DNA of 64,000 nucleotides, taken from an uncultured Rikenellaceae bacterium (GTDB lineage Bacteria > Bacteroidota > Bacteroidia > Bacteroidales > VadinHA17). This document shows, one piece after another, positions 1-12,820 of this stretch (positions are counted from its first letter, which is position 1; each line of letters begins with the position of its first letter). The stretch is taken from contig CAYSXP010000001.1 of the NCBI GenBank assembly GCA_964435015.1, forward strand, positions 344 through 64,343, given 5' to 3'. The notes under the pieces are model-generated. The model searched no databases, was not told the DNA's origin, and worked only from the letters and a program-made list of their open reading frames with translations. The position numbers and the translations under genes were made by a program.

Positions 1-1037
1 ACAATGCACCCGAAGAAAAGGAAAGGGGTATTACCATCAATACATCCCACGTTGAGTATCAGACAGCGAACCGGCACTATGCACATGTTGACTGCCCGGG
101 TCACGCTGACTATATCAAGAACATGGTTACAGGTGCCGCCCAGATGGATGGTGCAATCCTGGTCGTTGCTGCCACTGACGGCCCGATGCCCCAGACCCGT
201 GAGCATATCCTGCTTGCGCGCCAGGTAAATGTGCCCCAGGTTCTTGTTTTTATGAATAAAGTCGATATGGTTGACGATGAAGAACTGCTCGATCTTGTTG
301 AGATGGAAGTGCGCGACCTGCTGAATTTTTACAAGTTCGACGGCGACAATGTTCCCGTGATCCGCGGATCGGCCCTGGGAGCAATGCATGGCGAGGCAAA
401 ATGGGAAGATAAAGTAATGGAACTGATGGATGCAGTTGATACGCATATCCCTGTTCCTCCGCGTGATAACCAGAAGCCTTTCCTCATGCCGGTTGAGGAC
501 GTATTTTCAATTACGGGCCGCGGTACAGTGGCAACGGGCCGTATTGAAACCGGAGTCGTACTTACAGGTGACGAACTTGAAATGATAGGACTCGGCGCAG
601 AAAAACGCAAAACCATATGTACCGGGGTGGAAATGTTCCGCAAGATCCTCGACAGAGGCGAAGCCGGAGACAATGTGGGTCTGCTTCTCCGCGGCGTGGA
701 TAAAAAAGAAATAAAAAGAGGAATGGTTCTTGCAAAACCAGGCTCAATAACACCGCATACCAGATTCAAATCGGAAATTTATGTTCTGAAAAAGGAAGAA
801 GGCGGACGCCATACACCGTTTCATAACAAATACCGTCCGCAGTTTTATATCAGGACACTTGATATCACAGGCGAAATAACTCTTCCCGAAGGAAGGGAAA
901 TGGTCATGCCGGGCGATAATGTTACAATAACCGTGGATCTGATTTATCCGGTTGCCATCAATGTCGGACTGCGTTTTGCAATTCGCGAAGGAGGCAGGAC
1001 GGTTGGAGCCGGTGCTGTAACTGAAATTCTTGAGTAA
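1..1037 (+). CDS. tuf: Elongation factor Tu, 5'-partial (open to window start)
   Basis: Frame 3 from nt 3 reads [55 protein letters not shown]... GTPase motifs DCPGH and NKVD are present. It ends ...AGAVTEILE at the stop at 1035-1037. The supplied ORF (123..1037) is only the Met-initiated part. Confidence 0.97.
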   Translation, partial: NAPEEKERGITINTSHVEYQTANRHYAHVDCPGHADYIKNMVTGAAQMDGAILVVAATDGPMPQTREHILLARQVNVPQVLVFMNKVDMVDDEELLDLVEMEVRDLLNFYKFDGDNVPVIRGSALGAMHGEAKWEDKVMELMDAVDTHIPVPPRDNQKPFLMPVEDVFSITGRGTVATGRIETGVVLTGDELEMIGLGAEKRKTICTGVEMFRKILDRGEAGDNVGLLLRGVDKKEIKRGMVLAKPGSITPHTRFKSEIYVLKKEEGGRHTPFHNKYRPQFYIRTLDITGEITLPEGREMVMPGDNVTITVDLIYPVAINVGLRFAIREGGRTVGAGAVTEILE

Positions 1038-1062
1038 GGACTTGAGGATTTGTATGCTGTTG

Positions 1063-1088
1063 CCGGAACGTGATATTCAGCGTTCCGG
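1063..1088 (+). terminator. Hairpin after tuf (CCGGAACG-N10-CGTTCCGG), possible terminator or processing signal before tRNA-Trp
   Basis: Perfect 8-bp inverted repeat at 1063-1070 / 1081-1088, 26 nt after the tuf stop. No U-tract follows, so function is uncertain. Confidence 0.3.
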
Positions 1089-1115
1089 GAATATATTGAA
1101 ATCCATAACTTTTAA

Positions 1116-1188
1116 ACGGGTGTAGCTCAGTTGGTAGAGCACTGGTCTCCAAAACCAGGTGTCGGGAGTTCGAGTCTCTCCTCCCGTG
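1116..1188 (+). tRNA. tRNA-Trp (anticodon CCA)
   Basis: Manual cloverleaf. Acceptor 1116-1122/1181-1187 has one U-U mismatch. D arm is GCTC-AGTTGGTA-GAGC. Anticodon stem is CTGGT/ACCAG with loop CTCCAAA (CCA at 1149-1151). T arm is GGGAG-TTCGAGT-CTCTC. The 3' CCA is not encoded. The position between tuf and secE is classic. Confidence 0.9.
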
Positions 1189-1213
1189 CAAAAAAAAACA
1201 GGACCATTAAACT

Positions 1214-1405
1214 ATGGACATTAAAGGATATTTCAGGGAATCATACACGGAGCTTATTCATAAGGTCACATGGCCAACCTGGGCCGAACTCCAGAACAGC
1301 GGAGTTCTTGTACTGGTGGCAACCCTTATCATTTCAATCATTGTTGCAGCCATGGATTTCAGCTTCAGCCGTATTATGGAATTTATTTACAGTTTGTTAT
1401 TTTAA
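1214..1405 (+). CDS. secE: Preprotein translocase subunit SecE
   Basis: 63 aa with a single C-terminal TM helix ([20 protein letters not shown]), lying between tRNA-Trp and nusG as in the conserved secE-nusG operon. Confidence 0.85.
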   Translation: MDIKGYFRESYTELIHKVTWPTWAELQNSGVLVLVATLIISIIVAAMDFSFSRIMEFIYSLLF

Positions 1406-1422
1406 GCAGGAGATCTGTTCCG

Positions 1423-1971
1423 ATGAGCGAGAATATTAAGAAGTGGTATGTACTTCGGGCTATTGGAGGAAAAGAAAAGAAGGTAAAGGAATACATCGAC
1501 AATGAAGTCGCCCGGCTTAAGCTTGAAGAATATGTTTCTCAGGTTCTTATCCCTACAGAGAAAGTGTATCAGATACGCTCGGGTAAAAAAATAAGCAAGG
1601 AAAGAACATTCTTCCCCGGTTATGTCCTTGTTGAAGCTGTCCTTGTAGGTGAAATACCGCATCTTTTAAGGAATATCCCCAATGTAATCGGATTCCTGGG
1701 ATCCCAGGACGGTGAACCTGTTCCTCTCAGGAAACCGGAGATCAACAGGATCCTTGGAAAAGTTGACGAGCTTAATGCCAGTGACGAGGAACTCAATATA
1801 CCTTTTTTCGTGGGCGAAACGGTGAAAGTTATAGACGGACCCTTCAACAGTTTTACAGGGATCATAGAAGAGGTAAATGAAGAAAAGAAAAAACTCAAGG
1901 TGATGGTTAAGATTTTTGGTCGTAAAACCCCCCTTGAACTTAGTTTTATGCAGGTTGAAAAAGAAAATTAA
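1423..1971 (+). CDS. nusG: Transcription termination/antitermination factor NusG
   Basis: [21 protein letters not shown]... is an NGN-type N-terminus, with a C-terminal KOW-like [27 protein letters not shown] 1423 is chosen because the longer ORF from 1270 overlaps secE in another frame. Confidence 0.95.
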   Translation: MSENIKKWYVLRAIGGKEKKVKEYIDNEVARLKLEEYVSQVLIPTEKVYQIRSGKKISKERTFFPGYVLVEAVLVGEIPHLLRNIPNVIGFLGSQDGEPVPLRKPEINRILGKVDELNASDEELNIPFFVGETVKVIDGPFNSFTGIIEEVNEEKKKLKVMVKIFGRKTPLELSFMQVEKEN

Positions 1972-1982
1972 CTGAAGATATT

Positions 1983-2020
1983 GACGGTTATAATAATATA
2001 ATGCTTCCTGAGTAACCGTC
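1983..2020 (+). promoter_or_regulatory. Hairpin in the nusG-rplK spacer (GACGGTTA-N22-TAACCGTC)
   Basis: Perfect 8-bp inverted repeat. Its position fits an attenuator or leader of the rplK-rplA operon, but no specific motif was recognised. Confidence 0.25.
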
Positions 2021-2053
2021 AGGCTCTCGCAATAAACACGCAAATTTTAAATT

Positions 2054-2476
2054 ATGGCAAAAGAAGTTGCTGGAATTATCAAGTTACAGATTCGTGGCGG
2101 AGCAGCTAATCCATCTCCTCCTGTGGGCCCTGCATTGGGATCGAAAGGAGTCAATATCATGGATTTCTGCAAGCAATTCAATGCCAGGACCCAGGATAAG
2201 GCTGGAAAAGTAATACCGGTGGTCATTACAGTATATACTGACAAATCATTTGATTTCGTAACCAAAACACCTCCGGTGGCTGTTCAGCTTCTTGATGTAG
2301 CCAAATCCAAAAAAGGTTCCAGGGAACCCAACAGGGAGAAGATTGCATCAGTAACCAGGGACCAGGTAATGACGATTGCACAGGAAAAAATGGAAGACCT
2401 GAACTGTTTCACACTCGAGTCGGCCATTAAGATGGTGACTGGCACCGCCAGAAGTATGGGGATAAACATTAAGTGA
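2054..2476 (+). CDS. rplK: 50S ribosomal protein L11
   Basis: [44 protein letters not shown]... is the canonical L11 N-terminus, in the expected synteny. Confidence 0.97.
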   Translation: MAKEVAGIIKLQIRGGAANPSPPVGPALGSKGVNIMDFCKQFNARTQDKAGKVIPVVITVYTDKSFDFVTKTPPVAVQLLDVAKSKKGSREPNREKIASVTRDQVMTIAQEKMEDLNCFTLESAIKMVTGTARSMGINIK

Positions 2477-2507
2477 GTCCCGTAATTTTATTAATCAATT
2501 AGAAGAA

Positions 2508-3203
2508 ATGACTAAACTTACCAAAAACCAGAAGCTTTCCCTGGAAAAACTGGACAGGAATAAGCTTTACACGTTGACAGAAGCATCCTTGCTGGTTAAG
2601 GAGATCACCAAAACCAAGTTCGATGCATCAGTCGACCTGGACGTAAGGTTAGGTATCGATCCAAGAAAATCCAATCAGATGGTTCGCGGCGTTGTTTCCC
2701 TTCCTCATGGAACGGGCAGGCAAACCCGCGTACTGGTCCTCTGCTCTCCCGACAAGGAGGCAGAAGCAAAGGAGGCAGGTGCCGATTATGTCGGCCTTGA
2801 TGATTTTGTTGAGAAAATCAAAGGTGGCTGGACCGATATAGATGTTATAATAACCATGCCGTCCGTAATGGGTAAAGTAGGTCAGTTAGGCAGGATCCTC
2901 GGTCCGCGCGGACTGATGCCGAATCCCAAAAGTGGAACAGTTACAATGGAAATTGGCAAGGCTGTTAAGGAAGTTAAACAGGGTAAGATTGATTTCAAGG
3001 TTGACAAAAGCGGAATCATTCATGCCTCAATTGGAAAAGTCTCTTTCGAGGCACAAAAAATCGTCGAAAATGCCAGGGAGTTTATCCATACGGTAAACAA
3101 ACTAAAACCCTCGGCTGCCAAAGGAACCTACATACGTAGCCTGTTCCTTTCAAGCACCATGAGCCCTGGCATAAAAGTAGACCCTAAAGGTCTTGATGAT
3201 TAG
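2508..3203 (+). CDS. rplA: 50S ribosomal protein L1
   Basis: 231 aa with typical L1 sequence ([43 protein letters not shown]), directly after rplK. Confidence 0.97.
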   Translation: MTKLTKNQKLSLEKLDRNKLYTLTEASLLVKEITKTKFDASVDLDVRLGIDPRKSNQMVRGVVSLPHGTGRQTRVLVLCSPDKEAEAKEAGADYVGLDDFVEKIKGGWTDIDVIITMPSVMGKVGQLGRILGPRGLMPNPKSGTVTMEIGKAVKEVKQGKIDFKVDKSGIIHASIGKVSFEAQKIVENAREFIHTVNKLKPSAAKGTYIRSLFLSSTMSPGIKVDPKGLDD

Positions 3204-3229
3204 TTCTTTATGTATTAACTCGAAAAATT

Positions 3230-3748
3230 ATGAGACGCGAAGAAAAAACTGCTATAATAGACAGCCTTGCAGAAAGACTCAAAGAGTACAGCCACTTTTA
3301 CCTGACTGATACTGCTCAGCTTAATGCCGCTGACACAAGCGATCTGCGAAGAAAGTGTTTTGAAAACGACGTTAAGCTAGTCGTCGTCAAAAACACTCTT
3401 CTGAAAAGAGCGCTGGAAATGTCTGAAGGTAACTTCGAAGAACTGTATCCGGTTCTTAAAGGTACCACGTCCGTCATGTTTGCACAAACCGGAAATTTAC
3501 CAGCCAAACTGATAAAGGAATTCCGGAAGAAACATGACAAGCCTGTTCTTAAAGGCGCTTACGTTCAGGAGTCGGTTTATGTCGGAGACAGCATGCTTGA
3601 TGCACTTGTCTCCCTGAAAACCAGGGATGAACTGATCGGAGACATAATTCTTCTCCTTCAGTCTCCTGCCAGGAATGTAATATCAGCCCTGCAGTCAGGC
3701 GGAAATAAAATTCATGGTGTTCTTGAAACACTTTCAAAGAAACAATAG
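3230..3748 (+). CDS. rplJ: 50S ribosomal protein L10
   Basis: 172 aa in the L10 position between rplA and rplL, with a typical N-terminus ([19 protein letters not shown]). Confidence 0.95.
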   Translation: MRREEKTAIIDSLAERLKEYSHFYLTDTAQLNAADTSDLRRKCFENDVKLVVVKNTLLKRALEMSEGNFEELYPVLKGTTSVMFAQTGNLPAKLIKEFRKKHDKPVLKGAYVQESVYVGDSMLDALVSLKTRDELIGDIILLLQSPARNVISALQSGGNKIHGVLETLSKKQ

Positions 3749-3777
3749 TAAAAAACAAACAATTAAAATTCTATAAA

Positions 3778-4155
3778 ATGGCAGATCTTAAGAAATTTGC
3801 AGAAGAACTGGTTAACCTTTCTGTTAAGGAAGTAAATGAACTGGCAAAGATACTGAAAGAAGAATATGGTATTGAACCCGCTGCTGCAGCTGTTGCAGTA
3901 GCCGGCCCTGCTGCCAGCAATGACGCACCCAAGGCTGAGGAAAAATCCACATTCGACGTTATCCTCAAGTCTCCGGGCGGACAGAAATTACAAATTGTTA
4001 AACTGGTGAAGGATATTACCGGCCTCGGTCTGAAAGAAGCCAAGGCAGTTGTCGATGCTGCTCCCTCACCCGTCAAGGAAGGTGTTTCGAAAGAAGAAGC
4101 AGAAGCTATTAAAGGTCAATTGGTAGACGCAGGAGCTGAAGTTGAACTTAAATAA
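3778..4155 (+). CDS. rplL: 50S ribosomal protein L7/L12
   Basis: 125 aa with an Ala-rich hinge ([14 protein letters not shown]) and a conserved C-terminal domain ([41 protein letters not shown]). Confidence 0.97.
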   Translation: MADLKKFAEELVNLSVKEVNELAKILKEEYGIEPAAAAVAVAGPAASNDAPKAEEKSTFDVILKSPGGQKLQIVKLVKDITGLGLKEAKAVVDAAPSPVKEGVSKEEAEAIKGQLVDAGAEVELK

Positions 4156-4187
4156 GTCATACCTGTTTAAGGGTCTGTAGGTTTGGT

Positions 4188-4201
4188 CCCGGATATCCGG
4201 G
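4188..4201 (+). promoter_or_regulatory. GC-rich palindrome CCCGGATATCCGGG in the rplL-rpoB spacer (possible attenuator)
   Basis: Perfect 14-nt palindrome 33 nt after the rplL stop. An rplL-rpoB attenuator is known in other bacteria. No clear U-tract is present. Confidence 0.3.
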
Positions 4202-4251
4202 GCCCGACCTTTACGTTCTTTAAATTATAAGTTCACTTAATCCTTTTTTAA

Positions 4252-7200
4252 ATGTCCTCAAAAAATACTGAAAGAATTAGTTTTGCTTCCAGGAAAAATC
4301 AACTGGATTACCCTGATTTTCTGGAAGTTCAGTTAAAATCATTCGGTGAGTTCTTCCAGCTCGGAACCACTCCCGAAAACAGAAAAAAAGAAGGACTCTT
4401 CAAGGTCTTTACAGAGAATTTTCCAATAACCGACACACGAAACAATTTCGTATTGGAGTTTCTGGATTATTACATCGATCCTCCCCGTTATACAATTGAG
4501 GAATGTATTGAACGGGGCCTGACATTCAGCGTCCCTCTTAAGGCAAAGCTCAAACTTTACTGCACCGATCCCGAACATGAGGATTTTGATACCGTGATTC
4601 AGGATGTTTACCTTGGTACGGTCCCCTACATGACTGAAAGAGGAACATTCGTCATCAACGGTGCCGAAAGAGTGGTGGTGTCCCAGCTTCACCGGTCGCC
4701 AGGTGTTTTTTTCGGACAGAGCGTACACGCCAACGGAACCAAGCTGTATTCAGCAAGGATCATCCCTTTCAAGGGGTCGTGGATTGAATTTGCCACTGAC
4801 ATCAACAATGTGATGTATGCATATATCGACAGGAAGAAGAAACTTCCCGTTACCACTCTGTTAAGGGCAATCGGCTTTGAAAGCGACAAGGAGATCCTCG
4901 AAATATTCAACCTGGCTGAAGAGCATAAGGTGTCGAAAACAAATATTAAGAAACTTGTGGGCCGCAAACTTGCCGCAAGGGTCCTTAAAACCTGGACAGA
5001 GGACTTTGTTGATGAGGATACCGGAGAAGTGGTAACCATCGAAAGAAATGAGGTTATTCTTGACCGTGAAACTGTTATCGAGCCTGAACAGGTTGACATG
5101 ATAGTTGACTCGGGGGCCAAGGCCATCCTTCTTCACAGGGATGATACAAGCCTCTCTGATTTCGCCATCATATACAATACACTTCAGAAAGATCCCTGCA
5201 ACTCCGAAAAAGAAGCAGTTATATATATCTACCGCCAGCTCAGGAATGCAGAGCCGCCCGACGAGGCAACGGCCAGGGATGTCATTGAGAAGCTCTTTTT
5301 CTCTGACAAGCGCTATGACCTGGGTGAGGTGGGCCGCTACAGGATAAATACAAAGCTTGGCCTTAACACGGAAATGAGTTTGAAGGTCCTTACCAAGGAA
5401 GATATTATAAAAATAATCGAATATCTGATTGAGCTGATCAACTCGAAGACAGATATAGATGATATCGATCATCTTAGCAACAGGAGAGTCAGAACCGTCG
5501 GCGAACAGCTTTACGCACAGTTTGGCGTCGGTCTGGCCAGAATGGCCAGGACCATCAGGGAGAGGATGAATGTGCGCGACAATGAGGTCTTTACACCTGT
5601 CGATCTTATAAATGCAAAAACCCTGTCGTCGGTGATCAATTCCTTTTTTGGAACCAATCAGCTGTCACAGTTTATGGACCAGACAAATCCCCTTGCTGAG
5701 ATGACGCATAAGCGAAGGATGTCTGCCCTGGGACCGGGCGGTCTTTCGCGCGACCGTGCCGGATTTGAAGTAAGGGATGTCCATTATACCCATTATGGGC
5801 GCCTGTGCCCGATAGAAACACCGGAAGGCCCCAATATCGGCCTTATCTCATCTCTGTGCGTTTATGCAAAGATCAACGATCTTGGATTTATCGAAACACC
5901 TTATCTTCAGGTAAGGGATGCCAGGGTCGACTTCACCCCGGAAGGAATAATATGGCTGAGTGCAGAAGAAGAGGAGGAAAAAATGATTGCTCAGGCCAAT
6001 GCACCCCTTCTCAAGGATGGCCGGTTTGAAAATCCAAGGGCAAAATGCCGGTATGAAGCCGATTACCCTTTTGAGGATGTTACAAAGGTTGACCTTATGG
6101 ACGTTGCTCCCAACCAGATTGCCTCAATAGCCGCTTCACTTATTCCGTTTCTTGAACATGATGACGCCAACAGGGCCCTGATGGGTTCAAACATGATGCG
6201 TCAGGCGGTACCTCTCATAAATCCTGAGTCGCCTGTTGTTGGAACAGGCCTTGAAGGAAAGGTGATAAGGGACAGCAGGATACTCTATGTGGCTGAAGGC
6301 GACGGCATAGTGGAATATGTGGATGCAAACGAAATAGTGATCCGGTATACACGTACGGATGAGGAGAAATTTGTGACATTTGATGACGACATCAAACGTT
6401 ACATACTCCCAAAATACAAGAAAACAAATCAGAATACCTGCATTAACCTTGTTCCTGTAGTCAGGAAGGGTGAGAAAGTCACAACCGGACAGGTTCTTAC
6501 CGAAGGCTTTGGTACAAAGAACGGGGAACTGGCCCTGGGGCGGAATCTCAAGGTGGCATTTATGCCATGGAAGGGCTACAACTTTGAAGACGCCATAGTA
6601 ATATCCGAAAAGGTGGTCCATGAGGAAATGTTTACCTCGGTGCATATTGATGAATACCTTCTTGAGGTGCGCGACACCAAACGCGGCCTGGAAGAGCTGA
6701 CATCGGATATACCGAACGTAAGCGAGGAAGCCACAAAAAACCTCGACGAGAACGGACTGATCAGAATCGGCGCCCATATCCTGCCCGGCGACATACTTAT
6801 CGGAAAGATCACTCCCAAGGGAGAATCCGATCCTTCACCTGAAGAGAAACTCCTGCGTGCCATTTTCGGCGACAAAGCCGGGGATGTTAAGGACGCTTCG
6901 CTCAAGGCGGGCCCTTCACTTGAGGGAGTGGTGATAGATAAAAAACTATTCACCAGGGCAATTAAGGACAGAAAAGCCAAAACGGGCGAAAAACCCATCC
7001 TCGACAAAATAGAGGCAGAATTCAACCGGAGCTCCCAGGAGCTGAAGGAAAGACTGGTTGATAAGCTGTTCATCCTTGTGAACGGTAAAACTTCACAGGG
7101 TGTTAAGGATTATCTGAATGTTGATGTTATCTCCAAGGGTACCAAGTTCACCCTGAAGCAGCTTCAGGAAGTGGATTACCTGAATATCAATCCCAACAAA

Positions 7201-8061
7201 TGGACCACAGACAAGAAGAAGAATGACAGCATAAAGCAGCTTCTTCATAATTACATCATCAAGTACAAGGAGATTGACGGGGTCTACAAGCGCAAAAAAT
7301 ACACCATTACCATTGGCGATGAGCTGCCAGCAGGAATAGTCAGGCTTGCAAAGGTTTACGTTGCAAAGAAACGCAAGGTTAAAGTGGGTGACAAAATGGC
7401 TGGCCGTCATGGCAACAAGGGAATTGTTGCCAGGATCGTTCGCCAGGAAGATATGCCTTTCCTGGAAGACGGCACTCCTGTCGATATAGTTCTCAATCCC
7501 CTGGGCGTTCCTTCAAGGATGAACCTCGGTCAGATATATGAAACCGTCCTTGGCTGGGCCGGACAGAAGCTTGGCCTTCAGTTCGCAACTCCTATTTTCG
7601 ATGGAGCCACCATCGATCAGATTAATGAATACACTGAGAAGGCAGGATTGCCCAAATATGGTAAGACATATCTGTATGACGGAGGAACAGGTGAAAGGTT
7701 CGATCAGCCTGCAACCGTTGGCGTGATATACATGATGAAACTTGGCCACATGGTCGACGACAAAATGCATGCCCGTTCCATCGGGCCATACTCTCTTATC
7801 ACCCAGCAGCCTCTCGGAGGGAAGGCACAGTTCGGGGGACAGAGGTTTGGTGAAATGGAAGTATGGGCCCTAGAGGCATTCGGAGCGGCCCATATCCTTC
7901 AGGAGATACTTACCATCAAGTCGGACGACGTTATCGGAAGGGCCAAAGCCTATGAATCTATTGTAAAAGGAGAACCGCTGCCTCAACCGGGCATTCCGGA
8001 ATCGCTGAACGTGCTGCTGCACGAACTCAGAGGATTGGGCCTTAGTGTTATACTTGATTAA
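4252..8061 (+). CDS. rpoB: DNA-directed RNA polymerase subunit beta
   Basis: 1269 aa with conserved blocks [27 protein letters not shown] and [19 protein letters not shown]. Confidence 0.99.
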   Translation: MSSKNTERISFASRKNQLDYPDFLEVQLKSFGEFFQLGTTPENRKKEGLFKVFTENFPITDTRNNFVLEFLDYYIDPPRYTIEECIERGLTFSVPLKAKLKLYCTDPEHEDFDTVIQDVYLGTVPYMTERGTFVINGAERVVVSQLHRSPGVFFGQSVHANGTKLYSARIIPFKGSWIEFATDINNVMYAYIDRKKKLPVTTLLRAIGFESDKEILEIFNLAEEHKVSKTNIKKLVGRKLAARVLKTWTEDFVDEDTGEVVTIERNEVILDRETVIEPEQVDMIVDSGAKAILLHRDDTSLSDFAIIYNTLQKDPCNSEKEAVIYIYRQLRNAEPPDEATARDVIEKLFFSDKRYDLGEVGRYRINTKLGLNTEMSLKVLTKEDIIKIIEYLIELINSKTDIDDIDHLSNRRVRTVGEQLYAQFGVGLARMARTIRERMNVRDNEVFTPVDLINAKTLSSVINSFFGTNQLSQFMDQTNPLAEMTHKRRMSALGPGGLSRDRAGFEVRDVHYTHYGRLCPIETPEGPNIGLISSLCVYAKINDLGFIETPYLQVRDARVDFTPEGIIWLSAEEEEEKMIAQANAPLLKDGRFENPRAKCRYEADYPFEDVTKVDLMDVAPNQIASIAASLIPFLEHDDANRALMGSNMMRQAVPLINPESPVVGTGLEGKVIRDSRILYVAEGDGIVEYVDANEIVIRYTRTDEEKFVTFDDDIKRYILPKYKKTNQNTCINLVPVVRKGEKVTTGQVLTEGFGTKNGELALGRNLKVAFMPWKGYNFEDAIVISEKVVHEEMFTSVHIDEYLLEVRDTKRGLEELTSDIPNVSEEATKNLDENGLIRIGAHILPGDILIGKITPKGESDPSPEEKLLRAIFGDKAGDVKDASLKAGPSLEGVVIDKKLFTRAIKDRKAKTGEKPILDKIEAEFNRSSQELKERLVDKLFILVNGKTSQGVKDYLNVDVISKGTKFTLKQLQEVDYLNINPNKWTTDKKKNDSIKQLLHNYIIKYKEIDGVYKRKKYTITIGDELPAGIVRLAKVYVAKKRKVKVGDKMAGRHGNKGIVARIVRQEDMPFLEDGTPVDIVLNPLGVPSRMNLGQIYETVLGWAGQKLGLQFATPIFDGATIDQINEYTEKAGLPKYGKTYLYDGGTGERFDQPATVGVIYMMKLGHMVDDKMHARSIGPYSLITQQPLGGKAQFGGQRFGEMEVWALEAFGAAHILQEILTIKSDDVIGRAKAYESIVKGEPLPQPGIPESLNVLLHELRGLGLSVILD

Positions 8062-8109
8062 ACATCATTTATTTGCTGATTACAGGTTTGGATAAAAAAA
8101 ATTCAGTAT

Positions 8110-11100
8110 ATGTCATTCAGAAGAGATAACAAAACCAAAACCAGTTACTCGAAGATATCTATCGGCCTTGCTTCTCCGGAGGAGATCCTCGACAGGTCAA
8201 GCGGAGAAGTACTAAAGCCCGAAACTATCAATTACCGTACTTATAAACCGGAACGCGACGGTCTTTTCTGCGAAAGGATTTTTGGCCCGGTTAAGGACTA
8301 CGAATGCCATTGCGGCAAATACAAAAGGATCCGCTACAAGGGAATCGTTTGTGACAGATGCGGGGTGGAAGTGACTGAGAAAAAGGTCAGGCGCGAAAGG
8401 ATGGGACATATTTCGCTGGTGGTACCAATCGCACATATATGGTATTTCCGGTCGCTGCCCAACAAGATCGGTTACCTTCTGGGTCTTCCGACAAAGAAAC
8501 TCGACTCCATCATCTATTACGAAAGATATGTGGTAATAAATCCTGGTATAAAAGCAGCTGACGGAGTTAAATACCTTGATTTCCTTACTGAGGAGGAGTA
8601 TCTTGAAATAACGGAATTCCTTCCCAAGGAGAATCAGTACCTTGAAGACAATCACCCTGATAAGTTTGTGGCCGATATGGGAGCGGAAGCACTGTACAAG
8701 CTCCTTACGCGTATTGATCTCGATGAATTGTCGTATTCACTTCGCCACAGGGCCAATACGGAGACTTCACAGCAGAGAAAGAATGAAGCTCTGAAACGGC
8801 TTCAGGTTGTGGAGGCATTCAGGGATTCACGGCATGTGAACAAGCCCGAATGGATGATTATCAAGGTTGTGCCTGTCATTCCGCCCGAACTGCGGCCATT
8901 GGTGCCCCTTGATGGCGGAAGATTTGCCACAAGCGACCTGAACGATCTTTACCGGCGCGTTATAATACGTAATAACAGGCTGAAACGGCTTATAGAAATA
9001 AAGGCGCCGGAAGTGATCCTGCGCAACGAAAAAAGAATGCTTCAGGAGGCTGTTGATTCCCTTTTTGACAACTCGAGAAAAGCCAATGCCGTCAAAACGG
9101 ATGCCAACCGGCCCCTGAAATCACTTAGCGACAGCCTGAAAGGCAAACAGGGGCGCTTTCGCCAGAACCTGCTTGGAAAAAGGGTCGATTATTCTGCACG
9201 TTCGGTTATTGTTGTTGGCCCGGAGCTGGATCTCCATGAATGCGGCCTTCCGAAAGATATGGCTGCAGAATTGTACAAGCCTTTTATTATCCGGAAACTG
9301 ATAGAACGCGGAATTGTAAAAACAGTTAAATCAGCGAAGAAAATTGTTGACAGGAAGGATCCCGTCGTATGGGATATTCTTGAAAATGTTCTTAAAGGGC
9401 ACCCTGTGCTCCTGAATCGTGCCCCCACCCTGCACAGGCTCGGCATCCAGGCATTTCAGCCAAAGCTTATCGAAGGTAAGGCTATACAGCTGCATCCTCT
9501 GGTATGTACGGCTTTCAATGCTGACTTCGACGGCGACCAGATGGCAGTTCATCTTCCCCTGGGAAATGGCGCCATCCTGGAAGCACAGATGCTGATGCTT
9601 GCCTCGCACAATATTCTCAATCCCGCAAACGGCGCCCCGATAACGGTTCCTTCACAGGACATGGTTCTGGGTCTCTATTATATCACTAAAGGGAAAAGAA
9701 GCACGGCAACTGAAAAGGTCAGGGGAGAAGGGCTGATTTTCTATTCACCGGAGGAAGTAAACATAGCATACAACGAAGACAAGGTTGACCTTCATGCGTT
9801 CATCAAAGTGAAGGTCAATGACCGGGTTGAAGACAAACTTGTGAACCACCTTATCGAAACCACGGTTGGCAGGGTAATATTCAATCAGTATGTGCCTCAG
9901 GAAGTTGGTTATATTAATGAGATCCTTACAAAAAAATCATTGAGGGATATCATCGGACATGTTCTCAAACTTGCCGGGACGGCAAAAACCGCCGCGTTCC
10001 TTGATGCCATCAAAAACCTTGGATTCTATTCAGCATTCAAGGGAGGCCTTTCTTTCAACCTTGATGACGTGATAATACCTGAGGAGAAGACAAAGTTCGT
10101 TACCGAGGGCTATGAACAGGTTGAGGAGGTACTGAATAACCACAACATGGGGTTTATTACCAACAATGAACGCTACAATCAGATTATCGACATCTGGACC
10201 CATGTCAATGCAAGGCTTACGCAGTCGCTGATGAAACAGCTTTCTGCCGATAAGCAGGGATTCAATTCGGTATACATGATGCTCGACTCCGGAGCGAGGG
10301 GCTCAAAGGAACAGATACGCCAGCTGTCAGGGATGAGGGGGCTTATGGCCAAACCACAGAAGTCAGGGGCGACAGGCTCGGAGATCATTGAAAACCCGAT
10401 CCTTTCAAATTTCAAGGAGGGGCTTTCCGTACTTGAATACTTCATTTCGACACATGGTGCACGCAAAGGGCTGGCTGATACTGCACTTAAGACAGCCGAT
10501 GCCGGTTACCTCACCAGGCGCCTTGTTGATGTTTCACAGGATGTGATTATCAATGAGGAAGACTGTGGGACATTAAGGGGCCTGGTAGCGGTTGCAATAA
10601 AGAAAAATGAGGAGATTGTGGAATCGCTTTATGAGAGGATTTTGGGCCGTACGACCGTACATAATGTATATCATCCTCTTACAGGTGACCTGATTGTGGA
10701 ATCAGGCCAGGAACTTACCGAGGAGCTGGCGAAGAAGATTGAAGACTCACCAATCGAACAGGTGGAGATACGTTCGGTGCTGACATGCGAATCAAAGAGA
10801 GGCGTATGCGCAAAATGTTACGGACGGAACCTGGCAACCGGACGAATGATTCAGAAGGGTGAGGCGGTTGGAGTCATCGCCGCACAAAGTATCGGCGAGC
10901 CCGGTACCCAGCTTACCCTCCGTACCTTCCACGTTGGCGGTACCGCATCGAACATAACCACTGAATCAAGGCTGGTAGCCCGTTACAGTGGAATCGCCGA
11001 GATCGATGAACTGAGAACCGTGCCGAAGAAAGATCCTGACAAAGGAGAGATCGACATTGTTATAGGAAGGCTGGCTGAACTCAGGATAATTGACAAGAAG

Positions 11101-12405
11101 ACAGGCATAGCACTCACAACACATACAGTGCCATATGGTTCTAAACTGTACATCAAAGCCGGGCAGGAGGTGGAAAAGGGAAAACTCATCTGCGAATGGG
11201 ATCCTTTCAATGCTGTAATCATTGCTGAGGTCGCCGGGAAGATTGACTATGATTACCTGATCGAAGGAGTAACGTTCCGGGAGGAATCGGATGAACAGAC
11301 AGGCTTCAAGGAAAAAGTAATCATCGAAAGCAGGGATAAGACCAAGAATCCCGCCATCAGGATAACAACTACGAAGAACCAGGAGCCCAGGGTGTATAAC
11401 CTTCCCGTTGGTGCGCATCTTATTGTTGAAACGAACAGAGTGGTTGAAGCTGGTGAAGTTCTTGCCAAAATTCCCAGGGCAGTTGGTAAATCAGGCGACA
11501 TTACCGGCGGATTGCCCAGGGTGACTGAGTTGTTTGAGGCACGTAATCCTTCCAATCCGGCTATTGTTTCAGAAATTGACGGCGAAGTTACTTTTGGTAA
11601 AATCAAAAGGGGTAACAGGGAGATTTCCATCAGATCAAAAACGGATGAAATTAAAAAATACCTGGTTCCCCTCTCGAAGCAGATTCTGGTTCAGGAGAAT
11701 GATTATGTCAAGGCAGGCATTCCCCTTTCCGACGGCGCAATAACACCTTCCGACATACTTGCCATCAAGGGCCCCACCAAAGTTCAGGAATATATTGTCA
11801 ATGAGATACAGGAGGTGTATCGTCTGCAGGGCGTTAAGATTAATGACAAACACTTCGAGATTATTGTCCGCCAGATGATGCGGAAGGTTGAGATAGTTGA
11901 TCCGGGCGACACTAAGTTTCTTGAGCGCCAGGTTATTGACAAACTGGATTTCATGGATGAAAATGACTGGATCTACGGGAAAAAATATATTGTAGATTCA
12001 GGCGACTCCCAGACCCTGAGGCCCGGCATGATTGTTACTGCCCGCAAACTTAGGGACGAGAACTCAATGCTGAAACGCCGTGATCTGAAGGTTGTTGAGG
12101 CACGGGATGCAGTTCCTGCCACTTCCAACCAGGTACTCCAGGGTATTACCAGGGCAGCGCTTCAGACAAACAGCTTCTTCTCAGCAGCCTCTTTCCAGGA
12201 AACCACCAAAGTGCTGAATGAAGCAGCAATACTTGGAAAGGTAGATAAACTTGAGGGGCTTAAGGAAAACGTAATTGTCGGACACCTTATTCCGGCAGGT
12301 ACCGGCCAGCGCGAATATAACAGCATAATCGTCGGCTCGCTTGAGGAATATGAAAGCTTTACAGGCAGTGTTCCTGTTGAAGCTGAAGCGGAATCACGCA
12401 AATAG
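8110..12405 (+). CDS. rpoC: DNA-directed RNA polymerase subunit beta'
   Basis: 1431 aa with a zinc-finger region [20 protein letters not shown], the catalytic [12 protein letters not shown] and typical trigger-loop/bridge regions. Confidence 0.99.
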   Translation: MSFRRDNKTKTSYSKISIGLASPEEILDRSSGEVLKPETINYRTYKPERDGLFCERIFGPVKDYECHCGKYKRIRYKGIVCDRCGVEVTEKKVRRERMGHISLVVPIAHIWYFRSLPNKIGYLLGLPTKKLDSIIYYERYVVINPGIKAADGVKYLDFLTEEEYLEITEFLPKENQYLEDNHPDKFVADMGAEALYKLLTRIDLDELSYSLRHRANTETSQQRKNEALKRLQVVEAFRDSRHVNKPEWMIIKVVPVIPPELRPLVPLDGGRFATSDLNDLYRRVIIRNNRLKRLIEIKAPEVILRNEKRMLQEAVDSLFDNSRKANAVKTDANRPLKSLSDSLKGKQGRFRQNLLGKRVDYSARSVIVVGPELDLHECGLPKDMAAELYKPFIIRKLIERGIVKTVKSAKKIVDRKDPVVWDILENVLKGHPVLLNRAPTLHRLGIQAFQPKLIEGKAIQLHPLVCTAFNADFDGDQMAVHLPLGNGAILEAQMLMLASHNILNPANGAPITVPSQDMVLGLYYITKGKRSTATEKVRGEGLIFYSPEEVNIAYNEDKVDLHAFIKVKVNDRVEDKLVNHLIETTVGRVIFNQYVPQEVGYINEILTKKSLRDIIGHVLKLAGTAKTAAFLDAIKNLGFYSAFKGGLSFNLDDVIIPEEKTKFVTEGYEQVEEVLNNHNMGFITNNERYNQIIDIWTHVNARLTQSLMKQLSADKQGFNSVYMMLDSGARGSKEQIRQLSGMRGLMAKPQKSGATGSEIIENPILSNFKEGLSVLEYFISTHGARKGLADTALKTADAGYLTRRLVDVSQDVIINEEDCGTLRGLVAVAIKKNEEIVESLYERILGRTTVHNVYHPLTGDLIVESGQELTEELAKKIEDSPIEQVEIRSVLTCESKRGVCAKCYGRNLATGRMIQKGEAVGVIAAQSIGEPGTQLTLRTFHVGGTASNITTESRLVARYSGIAEIDELRTVPKKDPDKGEIDIVIGRLAELRIIDKKTGIALTTHTVPYGSKLYIKAGQEVEKGKLICEWDPFNAVIIAEVAGKIDYDYLIEGVTFREESDEQTGFKEKVIIESRDKTKNPAIRITTTKNQEPRVYNLPVGAHLIVETNRVVEAGEVLAKIPRAVGKSGDITGGLPRVTELFEARNPSNPAIVSEIDGEVTFGKIKRGNREISIRSKTDEIKKYLVPLSKQILVQENDYVKAGIPLSDGAITPSDILAIKGPTKVQEYIVNEIQEVYRLQGVKINDKHFEIIVRQMMRKVEIVDPGDTKFLERQVIDKLDFMDENDWIYGKKYIVDSGDSQTLRPGMIVTARKLRDENSMLKRRDLKVVEARDAVPATSNQVLQGITRAALQTNSFFSAASFQETTKVLNEAAILGKVDKLEGLKENVIVGHLIPAGTGQREYNSIIVGSLEEYESFTGSVPVEAEAESRK

Positions 12406-12422
12406 TAACCAAAAAGCAATTT

Positions 12423-12740
12423 ATGTCAGACCAGAAAAACCCTAATCAGATCAACATTGAGCTGAATGAAGAAACAGCTCAGGGGATATATTCAAATCTT
12501 GCGGTGATAACTCATTCATCTTCAGAATTTGTTATTGATTTCGTAAGGATAATGCCCGGGATACCCAAGGCACAGGTGAAATCGAGGATTATACTGACTC
12601 CCGAACATGCAAAAAGGCTGGTTGCGGCCCTTCAGGACAATATCTCCAAATATGAGGCAGTGCATGGAACAATAAAGGAAGTCAAGGGATCAGCACCGGT
12701 TCTTCCTCTTACATTCGGGGGCCCTACGGCTCAGGCTTGA
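12423..12740 (+). CDS. DUF3467-like small protein
   Basis: 105 aa (GIYSNLAVITHSSSEFVIDFVRIMPG...). It resembles the small conserved protein found right after rpoC in Bacteroidota. The family name is from memory. Confidence 0.75.
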   Translation: MSDQKNPNQINIELNEETAQGIYSNLAVITHSSSEFVIDFVRIMPGIPKAQVKSRIILTPEHAKRLVAALQDNISKYEAVHGTIKEVKGSAPVLPLTFGGPTAQA

Positions 12741-12761
12741 ATTAATTTACACGATAAGCAG

Positions 12762-12793
12762 AGGGTGTCTCACAAGGGCACCTTCATTTTTTT
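12762..12793 (+). terminator. Rho-independent terminator after the rpoBC-DUF3467 operon
   Basis: Stem GGTGTC (12764-12769) / GGCACC (12777-12782) includes one G-U pair, with a 7-nt loop, followed by TTCATTTTTTT. Confidence 0.55.
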
Positions 12794-12820
12794 AAACTAA
12801 TTCCGTATCTGCAGAAAACT

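Noticed and set aside
1116-1188. Possible pseudo-tRNA because of a U-U mismatch at acceptor pair 6:67.
   Set aside because: All other stems, the CCA anticodon loop and the T loop are canonical, and the tuf/secE context is classic for tRNA-Trp, so it is kept as functional. tRNAscan-SE would settle this.
1270-1422. Longer nusG ORF starting at 1270.
   Set aside because: The extension overlaps secE in another frame and its sequence looks non-protein-like. The conserved NusG N-terminus begins at ATG 1423.
329-12419. Numerous 60-200 aa ORFs antisense to, or out of frame within, tuf, nusG, rplK, rplJ, rplL, rpoB and rpoC (for example 329..769, 4861..5472, 6187..6777, 10966..11418).
   Set aside because: They lie entirely inside strongly conserved genes on the other strand or frame. 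Their translations are low-complexity (Ser/Pro/Arg-rich) with no recognisable motifs.
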